A stretch of 37,861 nt of DNA from an uncultured virus (IMG/VR IMGVR_UViG_3300024500_000017) (Duplodnaviria; Heunggongvirae; Uroviricota; Caudoviricetes), in the IMG/VR virus record IMGVR_UViG_3300024500_000017; one strand, 5' to 3'. Shown here piece by piece: positions 18,979 through 27,630 of the stretch; the stretch's first letter is position 1; each line of letters begins with the position of its first letter. The translations under genes were made by a program, and so were the position numbers. The notes beneath the pieces were generated by a model, which was not told the origin of the DNA, ran no database searches, and saw nothing but the letters and a program-made list of their open reading frames with translations.

Positions 18979-19490
18979 TGAATATCTTCGTTACTTCTCC
19001 TTGGCCCGCTGAGAGTGCTATTTGCCTCCCCGACAAACACATTGTCAAGATGCCCCTAGAGTGCTGTCAGATGCTCTCTATCGTTGCGTCAGAAAAATGG
19101 GGATACGGTTACGGCACTCTCCCTAAAGCAGATGGAACCCCCTACAAGACCGAGAAAGGAGCATTCCGCAATCATCCCTGCACCAAGTGGGCACTGGAGA
19201 GTATCCATAATGCCTACTGGTTAATCAAGTGGGGATTGAACTTGTCTGATGAATACTGCCTGCGGTATAATAAAACTCACTCCTGCTACAAAACCCTTGT
19301 GGATGCATACTACTTGTTTCCTAAGGGTAAGATTACAGAAGTGACTCCATTTGCTCGTGCTATGCCTGAGGAATGGAAGTTTGACGACACTATTGATACA
19401 TTTGAAGCATACAAAAGATACATTGCATCCAAACCTTGGGTTGCTGATAACTATCTCCGTATGCCAGAAAGAAAACCTAATTGGATTTGA
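18978..19490 (+). CDS. Pyrimidine-dimer DNA glycosylase (DenV/endonuclease V family)-like protein
   Basis: MNIF...DKHIVKMPLECCQML...NHPCTKW...EY..RYNKTH...AMP pattern. Confidence 0.75.
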   Translation: MNIFVTSPWPAESAICLPDKHIVKMPLECCQMLSIVASEKWGYGYGTLPKADGTPYKTEKGAFRNHPCTKWALESIHNAYWLIKWGLNLSDEYCLRYNKTHSCYKTLVDAYYLFPKGKITEVTPFARAMPEEWKFDDTIDTFEAYKRYIASKPWVADNYLRMPERKPNWI

Positions 19491-19492
19491 TT

Positions 19493-20437
19493 ATGGCAAG
19501 TGAATTTCTTTTTGTGGAAAAATATCGTCCTCAAGTGATTGATGACTGTATTTTGCCCGATGACACTAAAAAAACATTTAAGGAGTTTGTAGCGAAAGGT
19601 GAGATTCCAAATCTCCTTCTTGCAGGACCTCCTGGTATTGGTAAAACTACAATCGCAAAAGCATTATGTAATGAATTGGGGGCAGATTATTATGTCATCA
19701 ATGGATCCGACGAAGGGCGTTTCCTGGATACTGTACGGAACCAAGCAAAGAACTTTGCTTCGACCGTCTCACTTACGGGATCTGCTAAACACAAAGTCAT
19801 TATCATCGATGAAGCTGATAACACAGGGAACGATGTACAACTCCTACTACGGGCGAATATTGAGGCATTTTATAATAACTGTCGATTCATCTTCACCTGT
19901 AACTACAAGAACAAGATTATTGAACCTCTTCACTCCCGATGTGCCGTCATCGACTTCACCATCAAAGGGAAGCAAAGAGTTCAACTTGCAGGTAGTTTCT
20001 TCCAACGACTTCAATCAATCTTGGATGCGGAAAAGATTGAATATGATCAAAAAGTCGTTGCGGAACTTGTATCAAAACACTTCCCAGACTTTCGTAGGGT
20101 CCTCAACGAATGCCAGAGATATTCTACAGGAGGAAAAATCGACTCGGGCATTCTTGCATCTTTCTCAGACATCTCTGTAAATGAACTTATTAAAAATCTC
20201 AAGGATAAAAACTTTCCTGAAGTCCGAAAGTGGGTGGTCTCCAACTTGGACAACGATGCTTCTAGTCTTCTTCGCAGGATTTATGACGCCTCTTACGATT
20301 GCCTTGTTCCCGCATCTATCCCTGCTGCCGTTCTTGTTATTGCTAAGTATCAATACCAATGTGCGTTCGTGGCTGACCAAGAAGTAAATCTTCTTGCTGC
20401 ATTAACTGAAATTATGTGTGAGTGTGAATTCAAATGA
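19493..20437 (+). CDS. gp44: Clamp loader large subunit gp44
   Basis: VEKYRP, GPPGIGKT, IIIDEAD, PLHSRC, FPDFRR motifs. Confidence 0.96.
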   Translation: MASEFLFVEKYRPQVIDDCILPDDTKKTFKEFVAKGEIPNLLLAGPPGIGKTTIAKALCNELGADYYVINGSDEGRFLDTVRNQAKNFASTVSLTGSAKHKVIIIDEADNTGNDVQLLLRANIEAFYNNCRFIFTCNYKNKIIEPLHSRCAVIDFTIKGKQRVQLAGSFFQRLQSILDAEKIEYDQKVVAELVSKHFPDFRRVLNECQRYSTGGKIDSGILASFSDISVNELIKNLKDKNFPEVRKWVVSNLDNDASSLLRRIYDASYDCLVPASIPAAVLVIAKYQYQCAFVADQEVNLLAALTEIMCECEFK

Positions 20438-20955
20438 AAACAGTCACTAAAGATACAATTTTTGAATATGGAACTTTTCAAGACAGAATTGATTCTTTTG
20501 ATGACAATAATGAAAGCGAAATATTTGTAAAATTTCTTCGCAATAAATATCCCGACCAATGTAAAATTGTCACAAAACCTTTTGGTAAGTATGGTGTAGA
20601 TATTGGTGTTTATTTTGATAACCAACTTAAATGTGCTTTTGATCTTGAAAGGTGCAAAACTTGGAAAGATGATTGGCCATCTAATTGGAGATGCTTAAGT
20701 TTTTTGGATAGAAAATCTAAGTATCTTGAATATCCTGAATTTGGAATGGTGTGGTTTAATAATAATCTAACCAAGTTTGCTATTGCTTGGAAAAATGATA
20801 TTTTAAAGTTTCCAGTTACTGATAGAAACTTACCAAATGGTCAAATTGATAAAGTTAGAAAAGTTGACTTTAAATATGGTAAACTATATGGATCTTCTTT
20901 CAGTCCTATTGAAATTGAAAAATTTAAAAATCGTATAAAGTTTGATTTAAAATGA
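20434..20955 (+). CDS. Hypothetical protein, possible PD-(D/E)xK-like nuclease
   Basis: YGVD(x13)DLERCK.W...WP motif; Lys/aromatic-rich; ATGA overlaps with both neighbours. Confidence 0.5.
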   Translation: MKTVTKDTIFEYGTFQDRIDSFDDNNESEIFVKFLRNKYPDQCKIVTKPFGKYGVDIGVYFDNQLKCAFDLERCKTWKDDWPSNWRCLSFLDRKSKYLEYPEFGMVWFNNNLTKFAIAWKNDILKFPVTDRNLPNGQIDKVRKVDFKYGKLYGSSFSPIEIEKFKNRIKFDLK

Positions 20956-21803
20956 AATCTCTTAAGACGCCATTGCGCTACCCAGGAGGTAAGTCTCGTG
21001 CCTGTGAAAAGATTGGATCATATTTTCCAGACCTTCGTGACTATAGTGAATTTCGTGAACCATTTCTTGGTGGTGGAAGTGTTGCGATTTATATCACGAA
21101 GAAGTATCCCAACCTAGATATTTGGGTGAATGATCTTTATGAACCTCTGGTAAACTTCTGGCAACAACTCCAGATGTTTGGATATGATTTAAAAAGTGAA
21201 CTTGTTGATTTAAAAAACGCAAATAATACCCCAGACAAAGCAAGAGAACTTTTCCTTCAATCAAAGGAACGGATCAATGACAAAACCGTGTCAAATTTTG
21301 ATCGTGCTGTGGCTTTCTATGTTGTCAATAAGTGTTCTTTCAGTGGTCTCACAGAGAGTTCATCATTTTCGCAGCAAGCATCTAATTCCAATTTCTCTAT
21401 GCGAGGTATCGAAAAACTGCTTGCGTATTCTTCGTTAATTTCTAAATGGCGTATAACTAATTACTCATACGATTATCTTCTGGATGGAGACACTACTGCT
21501 TTTGTGTATCTCGATCCTCCTTATGACATTAAGGATAATCTCTATGGGAGAAAGGGATCAATGCACAAAGGATTTGATCACGATAAGTTTGCTGCTGATT
21601 GTGATTTTCATTATCCTATGCATCAACTGATTAGTTACAACTCAGACCAACTTGTAAAAAACCGATTCAAGAATTGGAACGCTGCCGAGTTTGATCTTAC
21701 TTATACTATGCGTTCAGTTGGTGAATATATGCGTGAACAAAAACAACGTAAAGAACTTCTGCTTTTTAATTATGGAATTGAAGGACTGGTTAAACTCAAT
21801 TAA
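20952..21803 (+). CDS. DNA N6-adenine methyltransferase (D12/Dam-like)
   Basis: LRYPGGKS, EPFLGGGSV (SAM binding) and YLDPPY (catalytic) motifs; target sequence cannot be determined from this. Confidence 0.92.
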   Translation: MKSLKTPLRYPGGKSRACEKIGSYFPDLRDYSEFREPFLGGGSVAIYITKKYPNLDIWVNDLYEPLVNFWQQLQMFGYDLKSELVDLKNANNTPDKARELFLQSKERINDKTVSNFDRAVAFYVVNKCSFSGLTESSSFSQQASNSNFSMRGIEKLLAYSSLISKWRITNYSYDYLLDGDTTAFVYLDPPYDIKDNLYGRKGSMHKGFDHDKFAADCDFHYPMHQLISYNSDQLVKNRFKNWNAAEFDLTYTMRSVGEYMREQKQRKELLLFNYGIEGLVKLN

Positions 21804-22149
21804 TTTTACAAAAGAAAATTTGATGGATGATCCATCAATAGTAAAAGAGTATTCTCCTTACATTATTAATAGATGTTTATCTGGTCATATAGATTGTGTT
21901 CTATTTGTAAATGAAATGAATATGAACCATCACCTAGATAAAGATCTGCAATATTCTTTTTATCTAAATAGTTTGAGGAAAAAGAAGAGATTTTCTCCTT
22001 GGCTCCGAAAGGATAAGGTCACGGACTTAGAATGTATAAAACAATACTATGGTTATAGTAATGAAAAAGCATTTCAAGCTCTAAAAATCCTGACAAAAGA
22101 ACAAATTAATTTTATTAAAAAAAGACTTGACATTGGAGGATCAAAATGA
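21772..22149 (+). CDS. gp62: Clamp loader small subunit gp62
   Basis: MELKDWLNSIN...YSPYIINRCLS...RKKKRFSPW...YYGYSNEKA; likely start is ATG 21772 rather than 21691. Confidence 0.92.
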   Translation: MELKDWLNSINFTKENLMDDPSIVKEYSPYIINRCLSGHIDCVLFVNEMNMNHHLDKDLQYSFYLNSLRKKKRFSPWLRKDKVTDLECIKQYYGYSNEKAFQALKILTKEQINFIKKRLDIGGSK

Positions 22150-22583
22150 CTACTACGGTAGAACCTACGGTTGATTGGTCGCAAGACCAAATGGTGGAGG
22201 TAATTCTTAATGAACCAGACGATTTCCTCAAGGTTCGTGAGACTTTGACCAGAATTGGAGTTGCATCGCGCAAAGAGAAAAAACTCTATCAGTCTTGCCA
22301 TATTTTACATAAACAAGGCAAATATTACATTGTTCATTTTAAAGAACTATTTGCACTGGACGGTAAACATGCAAATCTTACCGTAAATGATGTTCAGAGA
22401 CGAAATCGTATTGTTCGTTTACTTGCCGATTGGGGACTTATTACCGTTCTAAATCAAGATAAAGTTTCTGATATTGCACCTCTGAACCAAATTAAAGTTC
22501 TTGCATATAAGGATAAAGGTGATTGGATTCTAGAACAAAAGTATAACATCGGTAAAAAAGGAAAAGCAGTAGAAACCGAATAA
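22146..22583 (+). CDS. regA: Translational repressor RegA
   Basis: DDFLKVRETLTRIGVAS, LYQSCHILHKQGKYYIVHFKELFALDG motifs. Confidence 0.97.
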   Translation: MTTTVEPTVDWSQDQMVEVILNEPDDFLKVRETLTRIGVASRKEKKLYQSCHILHKQGKYYIVHFKELFALDGKHANLTVNDVQRRNRIVRLLADWGLITVLNQDKVSDIAPLNQIKVLAYKDKGDWILEQKYNIGKKGKAVETE

Positions 22584-22586
22584 ATA

Positions 22587-22667
22587 GTTGAGTGCCATTC
22601 GTGCGGCACTCTACAAAAGTCGGAACACCCTAAAAAGAGGTTCGGTTTTACCGATACCTCTTTTTTT
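22587..22667 (+). ncRNA. Candidate small structured RNA or regA 3' element
   Basis: Late box ATAAATA at 22580-22586, hairpin GAGTGCC/GGCACTC containing a UUCG loop, then a strong terminator. Confidence 0.35.
22632..22667 (+). terminator. Rho-independent terminator, possibly bidirectional
   Basis: AAAAAGAGGT-TCGGT-TTT-ACCGA-T-ACCTCTTTTTTT. Confidence 0.85.
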
Positions 22668-22676
22668 CGTTTCTTG

Positions 22677-22742
22677 TATAATTAGTAATGGATGCCGAAA
22701 GGGTCCACACAATACAAACTCGCTTTTAAAGGAGCTACCATA
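22677..22742 (+). promoter_or_regulatory. hsp20 -10 box and structured 5' leader (ROSE-like)
   Basis: TATAAT 22677-22682; GAAA-loop hairpin 22690-22706; CTCGCTT (22719-22725) pairs with AAGGAG (22729-22734) leaving a bulged G. Confidence 0.55.
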
Positions 22743-23183
22743 ATGACTAACCTTGTAACTTCACGGTTTACACATGCAGATCTTCCTGCTTTGATGGATA
22801 GAATCGCACGCAATAGTATTGGAATGGATGAATATTTTGATCGTCTATTCAATCTTCATGAAACCACTACTAACTATCCACCATACAACTTAGTTCAAGT
22901 CAGCAATGTAGAATCACGACTTGAACTTGCTCTTGCTGGATTTAGAAAGAAGGAGGTTTATGTCTACACACAAGATGGTAAACTCTTTGTTGAAGGCCAA
23001 AAAGAAGATAAAGAAACGGAGTCCAACTATCTCCACAAAGGTTTGGCTCAACGGAGTTTTAAGAGAGCGTGGACGCTCTCTGATGATACGGAAGTTAGAT
23101 CAGTTGATTTTGAGGATGGGCTTTTGAATATTACTCTTGGTAGAATTGTTCCTGACCATCATAAACGAAAGGATTATCTCTAA
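22743..23183 (+). CDS. hsp20: Small heat-shock protein Hsp20 (IbpA-like)
   Basis: NYPPYNLV, LALAGF, YLHKGLAQRSF, FEDGLL motifs; AGGAG ribosome-binding site places the start at 22743. Confidence 0.95.
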   Translation: MTNLVTSRFTHADLPALMDRIARNSIGMDEYFDRLFNLHETTTNYPPYNLVQVSNVESRLELALAGFRKKEVYVYTQDGKLFVEGQKEDKETESNYLHKGLAQRSFKRAWTLSDDTEVRSVDFEDGLLNITLGRIVPDHHKRKDYL

Positions 23184-23196
23184 ATAAAAATAAAAA

Positions 23197-23361
23197 ATGA
23201 AATCTTTCGACGAGTTCAAAACAATCGCATATAAGAATTCTATTCCTCACACTGTTTATTCTGGAGGAAAGCAAAAAAACATTCCAAAAGGAAAAGCAGT
23301 TCCGGTAAGAAGTCGATCAAGTGCGGGTGGCAATGGGGATGGTGGAGATGGTGGAGAATAA
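23197..23361 (+). CDS. Small late protein, 54 aa (not in ORF track)
   Basis: Hand translation MKSFDEFKTIAYKNSIPHTVYSGGKQKNIPKGKAVPVRSRSSAGGNGDGGDGGE*; late box CTAAATA at 23180-23186. Confidence 0.7.
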   Translation: MKSFDEFKTIAYKNSIPHTVYSGGKQKNIPKGKAVPVRSRSSAGGNGDGGDGGE

Positions 23362-23385
23362 ATAGTAATTGAATATCGTCGGCGC

Positions 23386-23427
23386 GAGGAGCACCTGGCA
23401 AAATCCAGGTTGACTCCTCCTTTTTTT
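23386..23427 (+). terminator. Rho-independent terminator overlapping the next promoter
   Basis: GAGGAG/CTCCTC and ACCTGG/CCAGGT stems, then C and T7. Confidence 0.8.
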
Positions 23428-23438
23428 ATTGGTAGAAT
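23410..23438 (+). promoter_or_regulatory. Sigma70-type promoter for the gp43 operon
   Basis: TTGACT (23410-23415), 17 nt spacer, TAGAAT (23433-23438). Confidence 0.8.
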
Positions 23439-23459
23439 GCTAAGAGGTATGGAGCAACG

Positions 23460-23789
23460 ATGACTGTAAAACTTGCAATTTTAAAATCTGGCGAAGACAT
23501 TATCGCGGATATACAAGAAATGGTGGTTGAAGATAAAGTAGTTGGTTATATCTTCAATAAACCATGCAGTATTAAAATGAAATCAAGTGAAGAAAAGGAA
23601 TCTGTTGAAACAAATTCTGTTAAAATAAGATTGGTTCCTTGGATTCTTCTTACTAAAGATACTAGAGTTCCTGTATCTTTAGATTGGGTAATTACTCTAG
23701 TCGATCCCATAGATCAATTATCAAACATGTATCAAGAGGACATTTTAAAAAATGAAAAAAATGATCAAAATATTAGCATTAACGAATAG
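23460..23789 (+). CDS. Conserved phage hypothetical protein (possible Sm-like)
   Basis: ILKSGEDIIAD...PW...DWVITLVDP pattern; GGAG ribosome-binding site. Confidence 0.8.
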   Translation: MTVKLAILKSGEDIIADIQEMVVEDKVVGYIFNKPCSIKMKSSEEKESVETNSVKIRLVPWILLTKDTRVPVSLDWVITLVDPIDQLSNMYQEDILKNEKNDQNISINE

Positions 23790-24012
23790 TTTAATTCTTA
23801 TAAGTGAAATTGAAGAAGTCGGTGCAGACATTGGAGAACCAGATTGTAAACTGATTAATCCATTCGTCGTGAAAAATGATCACACTATGGAACCATTCCT
23901 TTGTGGGTTCACAAAAGAAAAAACTTTTATGATGAGTTCGGAAAAGATTCTTACGCTTGTGGATCCAACTCCAACTTTACTTGAAAAATATGAGGACTTG
24001 ATTAAAGAATGA
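23752..24012 (+). CDS. Conserved phage hypothetical protein
   Basis: DIGEPDCKLINPF...KILTLVDP; resembles the preceding ORF; coupled to gp43. Confidence 0.8.
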   Translation: MKKMIKILALTNSLILISEIEEVGADIGEPDCKLINPFVVKNDHTMEPFLCGFTKEKTFMMSSEKILTLVDPTPTLLEKYEDLIKE

Positions 24013-26504
24013 GATTTTACACTAATGTTCAGTTGATTGGAAATCAATTTTTGGTTCGTGGCGTAGAAAATGGTAAAAGATTTGAAACAAGAGATGAGTT
24101 TTTTCCTACTCTTTTTGTAAAAACTAAAAAAGATTCTAAGTATAGGACATTAAGTGGAGAAGCAGTAGAACCAATCAATCCAGGTACAGTTAAAGATTGT
24201 CGGGAGTTCTATAAAAAATATGATGAAATCGATGGGTTCGAGATCTATGGAAATGATCGTTATATCTATCAATATATTTCGGAAAAATATTCGGAAGATG
24301 AAATCAAGTTTGACATTAGTAAAATCAAACTTGTAACTTTGGATATTGAGGTTGCATCAGAGCAAGGATTCCCTGATGTAGAATCTTGCTCTGAAGAAAT
24401 TCTTGCAATTACAATTCAGGACTATACAACTAAAGAAATTATTACTTGGGGAGTTAAACCATTTAATAATAAACAGAGTAATGTAACTTATCATTACTGC
24501 CCAAGTGAATATGAACTTCTTAATAGTTTCATTAATTATTGGATGGTCGATGTTCCCGATGTTGTGACTGGTTGGAACATTCAGTTATATGACATTCCAT
24601 ATATCTGTAAAAGATTGAATCGTGTTCTTGGTGAAAAACTAATGAAACGATTTTCCAATTGGGGACTTGTAACTGAAGGTGAGATTTATATTAATGGTCG
24701 TAAGCATACAACATTTGATGTTGGTGGATTGACTCAACTTGATTACCTTGATCTTTATAAAAAATTTACATATAAAGCACAAGAATCTTATCGACTAGAT
24801 TACATTGCCGAAGTAGAACTGGGTCAGAAGAAACTGGATCACTCAGAGTTTGACACTTTTAAAGATTTCTACACTAAAGGATGGCAGAAATTCGTAGAGT
24901 ACAACATCAAGGATGTGGAACTTGTTGACCGACTGGAAGACAAGATGAAATTGATTGAACTTGCGTTGACAATGGCATATGACGCTAAAGTGAACTATGC
25001 TGATGTGTTCTACCAAGTTCGTATGTGGGATAACATTATCTACACATATCTCAAGAAAAGAAACATTGTCATTCCTCCAAAAAATAAAACACAGAAGGAT
25101 GAAAAGTATGCTGGTGCCTATGTAAAAGAACCTGTTCCTGGAATGTATGATTGGGTTGTGAGTTTTGACTTGAACTCACTGTACCCACACTTGATTATGA
25201 TGTATAACATCTCACCAGAAACTCTTTTAGAAGAAAAACATCCAACAGTTTCTGTCGATAAGATTTTGGATCAAAGTCTTAACTTTGAGATGTATAAAGA
25301 TTATGCAGTATGTGCAAATGGTGCAATGTTTCTTAAAGAGGTTCGTGGGTTTCTTCCGGAACTGATGGAAAAAATTTATAATGAACGGGTAGTCTTTAAG
25401 AAGAAGATGCTTGCTGCAGAACAGGAATATGAAAAGACAAAGAACAAAGAGTTGATTAAGGAGATATCTCGCTGCAATAATATTCAGATGGCGAGAAAGA
25501 TTCAATTGAACTCTGCTTATGGTGCCATTGGGAATCAGTATTTCCGTTATTACAAACTGGCAAACGCTGAAGCAATCACTCTCTCTGGTCAAGTTGCTAT
25601 TCAGTGGATTATGAATAAGGTGAATTCTTATTTGAATAAAATTCTTAAAAGTGGGGATTTTGATTATGTTATTGCTTCTGATACCGACTCTCTGTATATT
25701 AATATGGGCCCTTTGGTTGAAAGTGTATTCCAAGGAAGAGAGAAAACTACTCAAGGCATTGTTTCGTTCCTTGATAAGGTCTGTTCTGTGGAATTTGAAA
25801 AGTATATTGAAAGTTCTTATCAAGAATTGGCGGACTATGTGAATGCTTATGAACAGAAGATGTTTATGAAGCGTGAATGTATTGCTGAGCGTGGTATTTG
25901 GACTGCGAAGAAGCGATATATTCTCAGTGTTTGGGATAGTGAGGGAGTTCGTTATGAGGAACCTAAATTAAAAATTAAAGGGATTGAGGCAATTAAATCT
26001 TCCACTCCTGCGCCATGTCGTAAAATGCTAAAAGATTCCTTTAAAATTTTGATGAATGGGACGGAGGATGATATAATTAATTTTATTGATAATTGTCGCC
26101 TTGAATTCAGGACACTTTCTCCAGAATCTATCTCTTTCCCACGATCAGCTTCTGATGTAACTAAATATCAATCTTCTTCCGATATTTACATCAAAGGAAC
26201 TCCAATTCATGTTCGCGGAGCTCTCTTGTTTAATCATTACATAAAGAGTAATAAATTAACTAACAAATATTCTCTTATACAGAATGGAGAAAAAATTAAG
26301 TTTATCTACCTCAAAAAACCCAATATTATCCACGAGAATGTAATCTCATTTATTCAAGATTTTCCTAAAGAGCTTAATCTTGACAGATACATAGACTATG
26401 ATTTACAATTTGAGAAGGCATTTTTAGAACCACTTAAAATTATTCTTGATTCTATTGGTTGGAATGTTGAAAAAACTGTAAGTTTAGAATCATTTTTTTC
26501 TTAA
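24009..26504 (+). CDS. gp43: Family B DNA polymerase gp43
   Basis: Exonuclease DIEV, SFDLNSLYPH, KIQLNSAYG, SDTDS, KKRY motifs; uninterrupted. Confidence 0.98.
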   Translation: MRFYTNVQLIGNQFLVRGVENGKRFETRDEFFPTLFVKTKKDSKYRTLSGEAVEPINPGTVKDCREFYKKYDEIDGFEIYGNDRYIYQYISEKYSEDEIKFDISKIKLVTLDIEVASEQGFPDVESCSEEILAITIQDYTTKEIITWGVKPFNNKQSNVTYHYCPSEYELLNSFINYWMVDVPDVVTGWNIQLYDIPYICKRLNRVLGEKLMKRFSNWGLVTEGEIYINGRKHTTFDVGGLTQLDYLDLYKKFTYKAQESYRLDYIAEVELGQKKLDHSEFDTFKDFYTKGWQKFVEYNIKDVELVDRLEDKMKLIELALTMAYDAKVNYADVFYQVRMWDNIIYTYLKKRNIVIPPKNKTQKDEKYAGAYVKEPVPGMYDWVVSFDLNSLYPHLIMMYNISPETLLEEKHPTVSVDKILDQSLNFEMYKDYAVCANGAMFLKEVRGFLPELMEKIYNERVVFKKKMLAAEQEYEKTKNKELIKEISRCNNIQMARKIQLNSAYGAIGNQYFRYYKLANAEAITLSGQVAIQWIMNKVNSYLNKILKSGDFDYVIASDTDSLYINMGPLVESVFQGREKTTQGIVSFLDKVCSVEFEKYIESSYQELADYVNAYEQKMFMKRECIAERGIWTAKKRYILSVWDSEGVRYEEPKLKIKGIEAIKSSTPAPCRKMLKDSFKILMNGTEDDIINFIDNCRLEFRTLSPESISFPRSASDVTKYQSSSDIYIKGTPIHVRGALLFNHYIKSNKLTNKYSLIQNGEKIKFIYLKKPNIIHENVISFIQDFPKELNLDRYIDYDLQFEKAFLEPLKIILDSIGWNVEKTVSLESFFS

Positions 26505-26635
26505 TGGACATACCTATAACAGAAAAAGAATTTAAAATAATTATAGAGATTCTTAAAAATTCTAATCAAAAAGATCTTTATAATAAATTGTGGACTTTTA
26601 ACATAAACAGGAAAAATAAATTATGGATTTCTTAA
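26504..26635 (+). CDS. Small hypothetical protein, 43 aa (not in ORF track)
   Basis: Hand translation [48 protein letters not shown] coupling to gp43 and fills the gap to uvsX. Confidence 0.6.
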   Translation: MDIPITEKEFKIIIEILKNSNQKDLYNKLWTFNINRKNKLWIS

Positions 26636-27630
26636 AAGATATTGTAAAAGAAATTGGTGGTGAGTATACGCAACTTGCCGCAGACATTGATGAGACTGAA
26701 AAATATGTTGACACTGGTTCGTACATTTTTAATGCACTGGTTTCAGGTAGTATATTTGGTGGTGTATCTGGGAACAAGATTACTGCTATTGCTGGAGAGT
26801 CTAGTACTGGAAAAACTTTCTTCTCGCTCGCCGTTGTTAAGAATTTTCTTGATACCAATCCCGATGGTTATTGTCTCTATTTTGATACTGAGGCTGCTAT
26901 TACTAAATCACTTGTAGAATCCCGTGGAATTGATACTTCTCGCCTTGTGGTTGTTAATGTTGTTACTATTGAAGAATTTCGTGGAAAAGCATTAAAAGCA
27001 GTAGACCTATACTTAAAAAAACCTGTAGAAGAACGCAAACCTTGCATGTTTGTGCTAGACTCTTTAGGAATGCTTTCCACTGAAAAAGAAATCACTGATG
27101 CACTCAATGATAAACAAGTTCGTGATATGACTAAATCTCAACTTGTCAAAGGTGCATTCCGAATGCTCACACTTAAATTAGGTCAAGCAAATGTTCCACT
27201 CCTTGTCACAAATCATACATACGATGTCATCGGAGCTTATGTACCAACGAAAGAAATGGGGGGAGGTTCTGGACTCAAATACGCAGCAAGTACGATCATT
27301 TATCTCAGCAAAAAGAAAGAAAAGGATGGAACAGAAGTGGTCGGCAATATTATCAAAGCTAAGACTGCTAAATCGCGTTTGAGTAAGGAGAATAAAGATG
27401 TTGAGATCCGTCTGTATTATGATGAGCGCGGCCTTGATCGTTACTATGGTCTTCTGGAACTTGGTGAGATTGGTGGACTCTGGAAGAATGTAGCAGGACG
27501 CTATGAAATTGATGGTAAGAAAATTTATGCTAAACAGATTCTAAAAGAACCTGAAGTATACTTCACAGAAGAAGTAATGGAACAATTAGACCAAATCGCA
27601 CGAAAGGAATTTAGTTATGGAGAAAGTTGA
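26623..27630 (+). CDS. uvsX: RecA-like recombinase UvsX
   Basis: [32 protein letters not shown] motifs. Confidence 0.96.
   Translation: MDFLKDIVKEIGGEYTQLAADIDETEKYVDTGSYIFNALVSGSIFGGVSGNKITAIAGESSTGKTFFSLAVVKNFLDTNPDGYCLYFDTEAAITKSLVESRGIDTSRLVVVNVVTIEEFRGKALKAVDLYLKKPVEERKPCMFVLDSLGMLSTEKEITDALNDKQVRDMTKSQLVKGAFRMLTLKLGQANVPLLVTNHTYDVIGAYVPTKEMGGGSGLKYAASTIIYLSKKKEKDGTEVVGNIIKAKTAKSRLSKENKDVEIRLYYDERGLDRYYGLLELGEIGGLWKNVAGRYEIDGKKIYAKQILKEPEVYFTEEVMEQLDQIARKEFSYGES

Noticed and set aside
19599..20180. 193-aa alternative-frame + ORF inside gp44
   Set aside because: Fully nested in a conserved gene with no motif or ribosome-binding site; likely chance in a locally GC-richer stretch.
21964..21970. 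CTAAATA inside gp62 as a late promoter for regA
   Set aside because: Intragenic 7-mer in AT-rich DNA about 180 nt from the regA start; cannot be distinguished from chance.
22692..22742. 17-aa N-terminal extension of Hsp20 in the ORF track
   Set aside because: Lies in the structured leader just after the -10 box; the SD supports ATG 22743.
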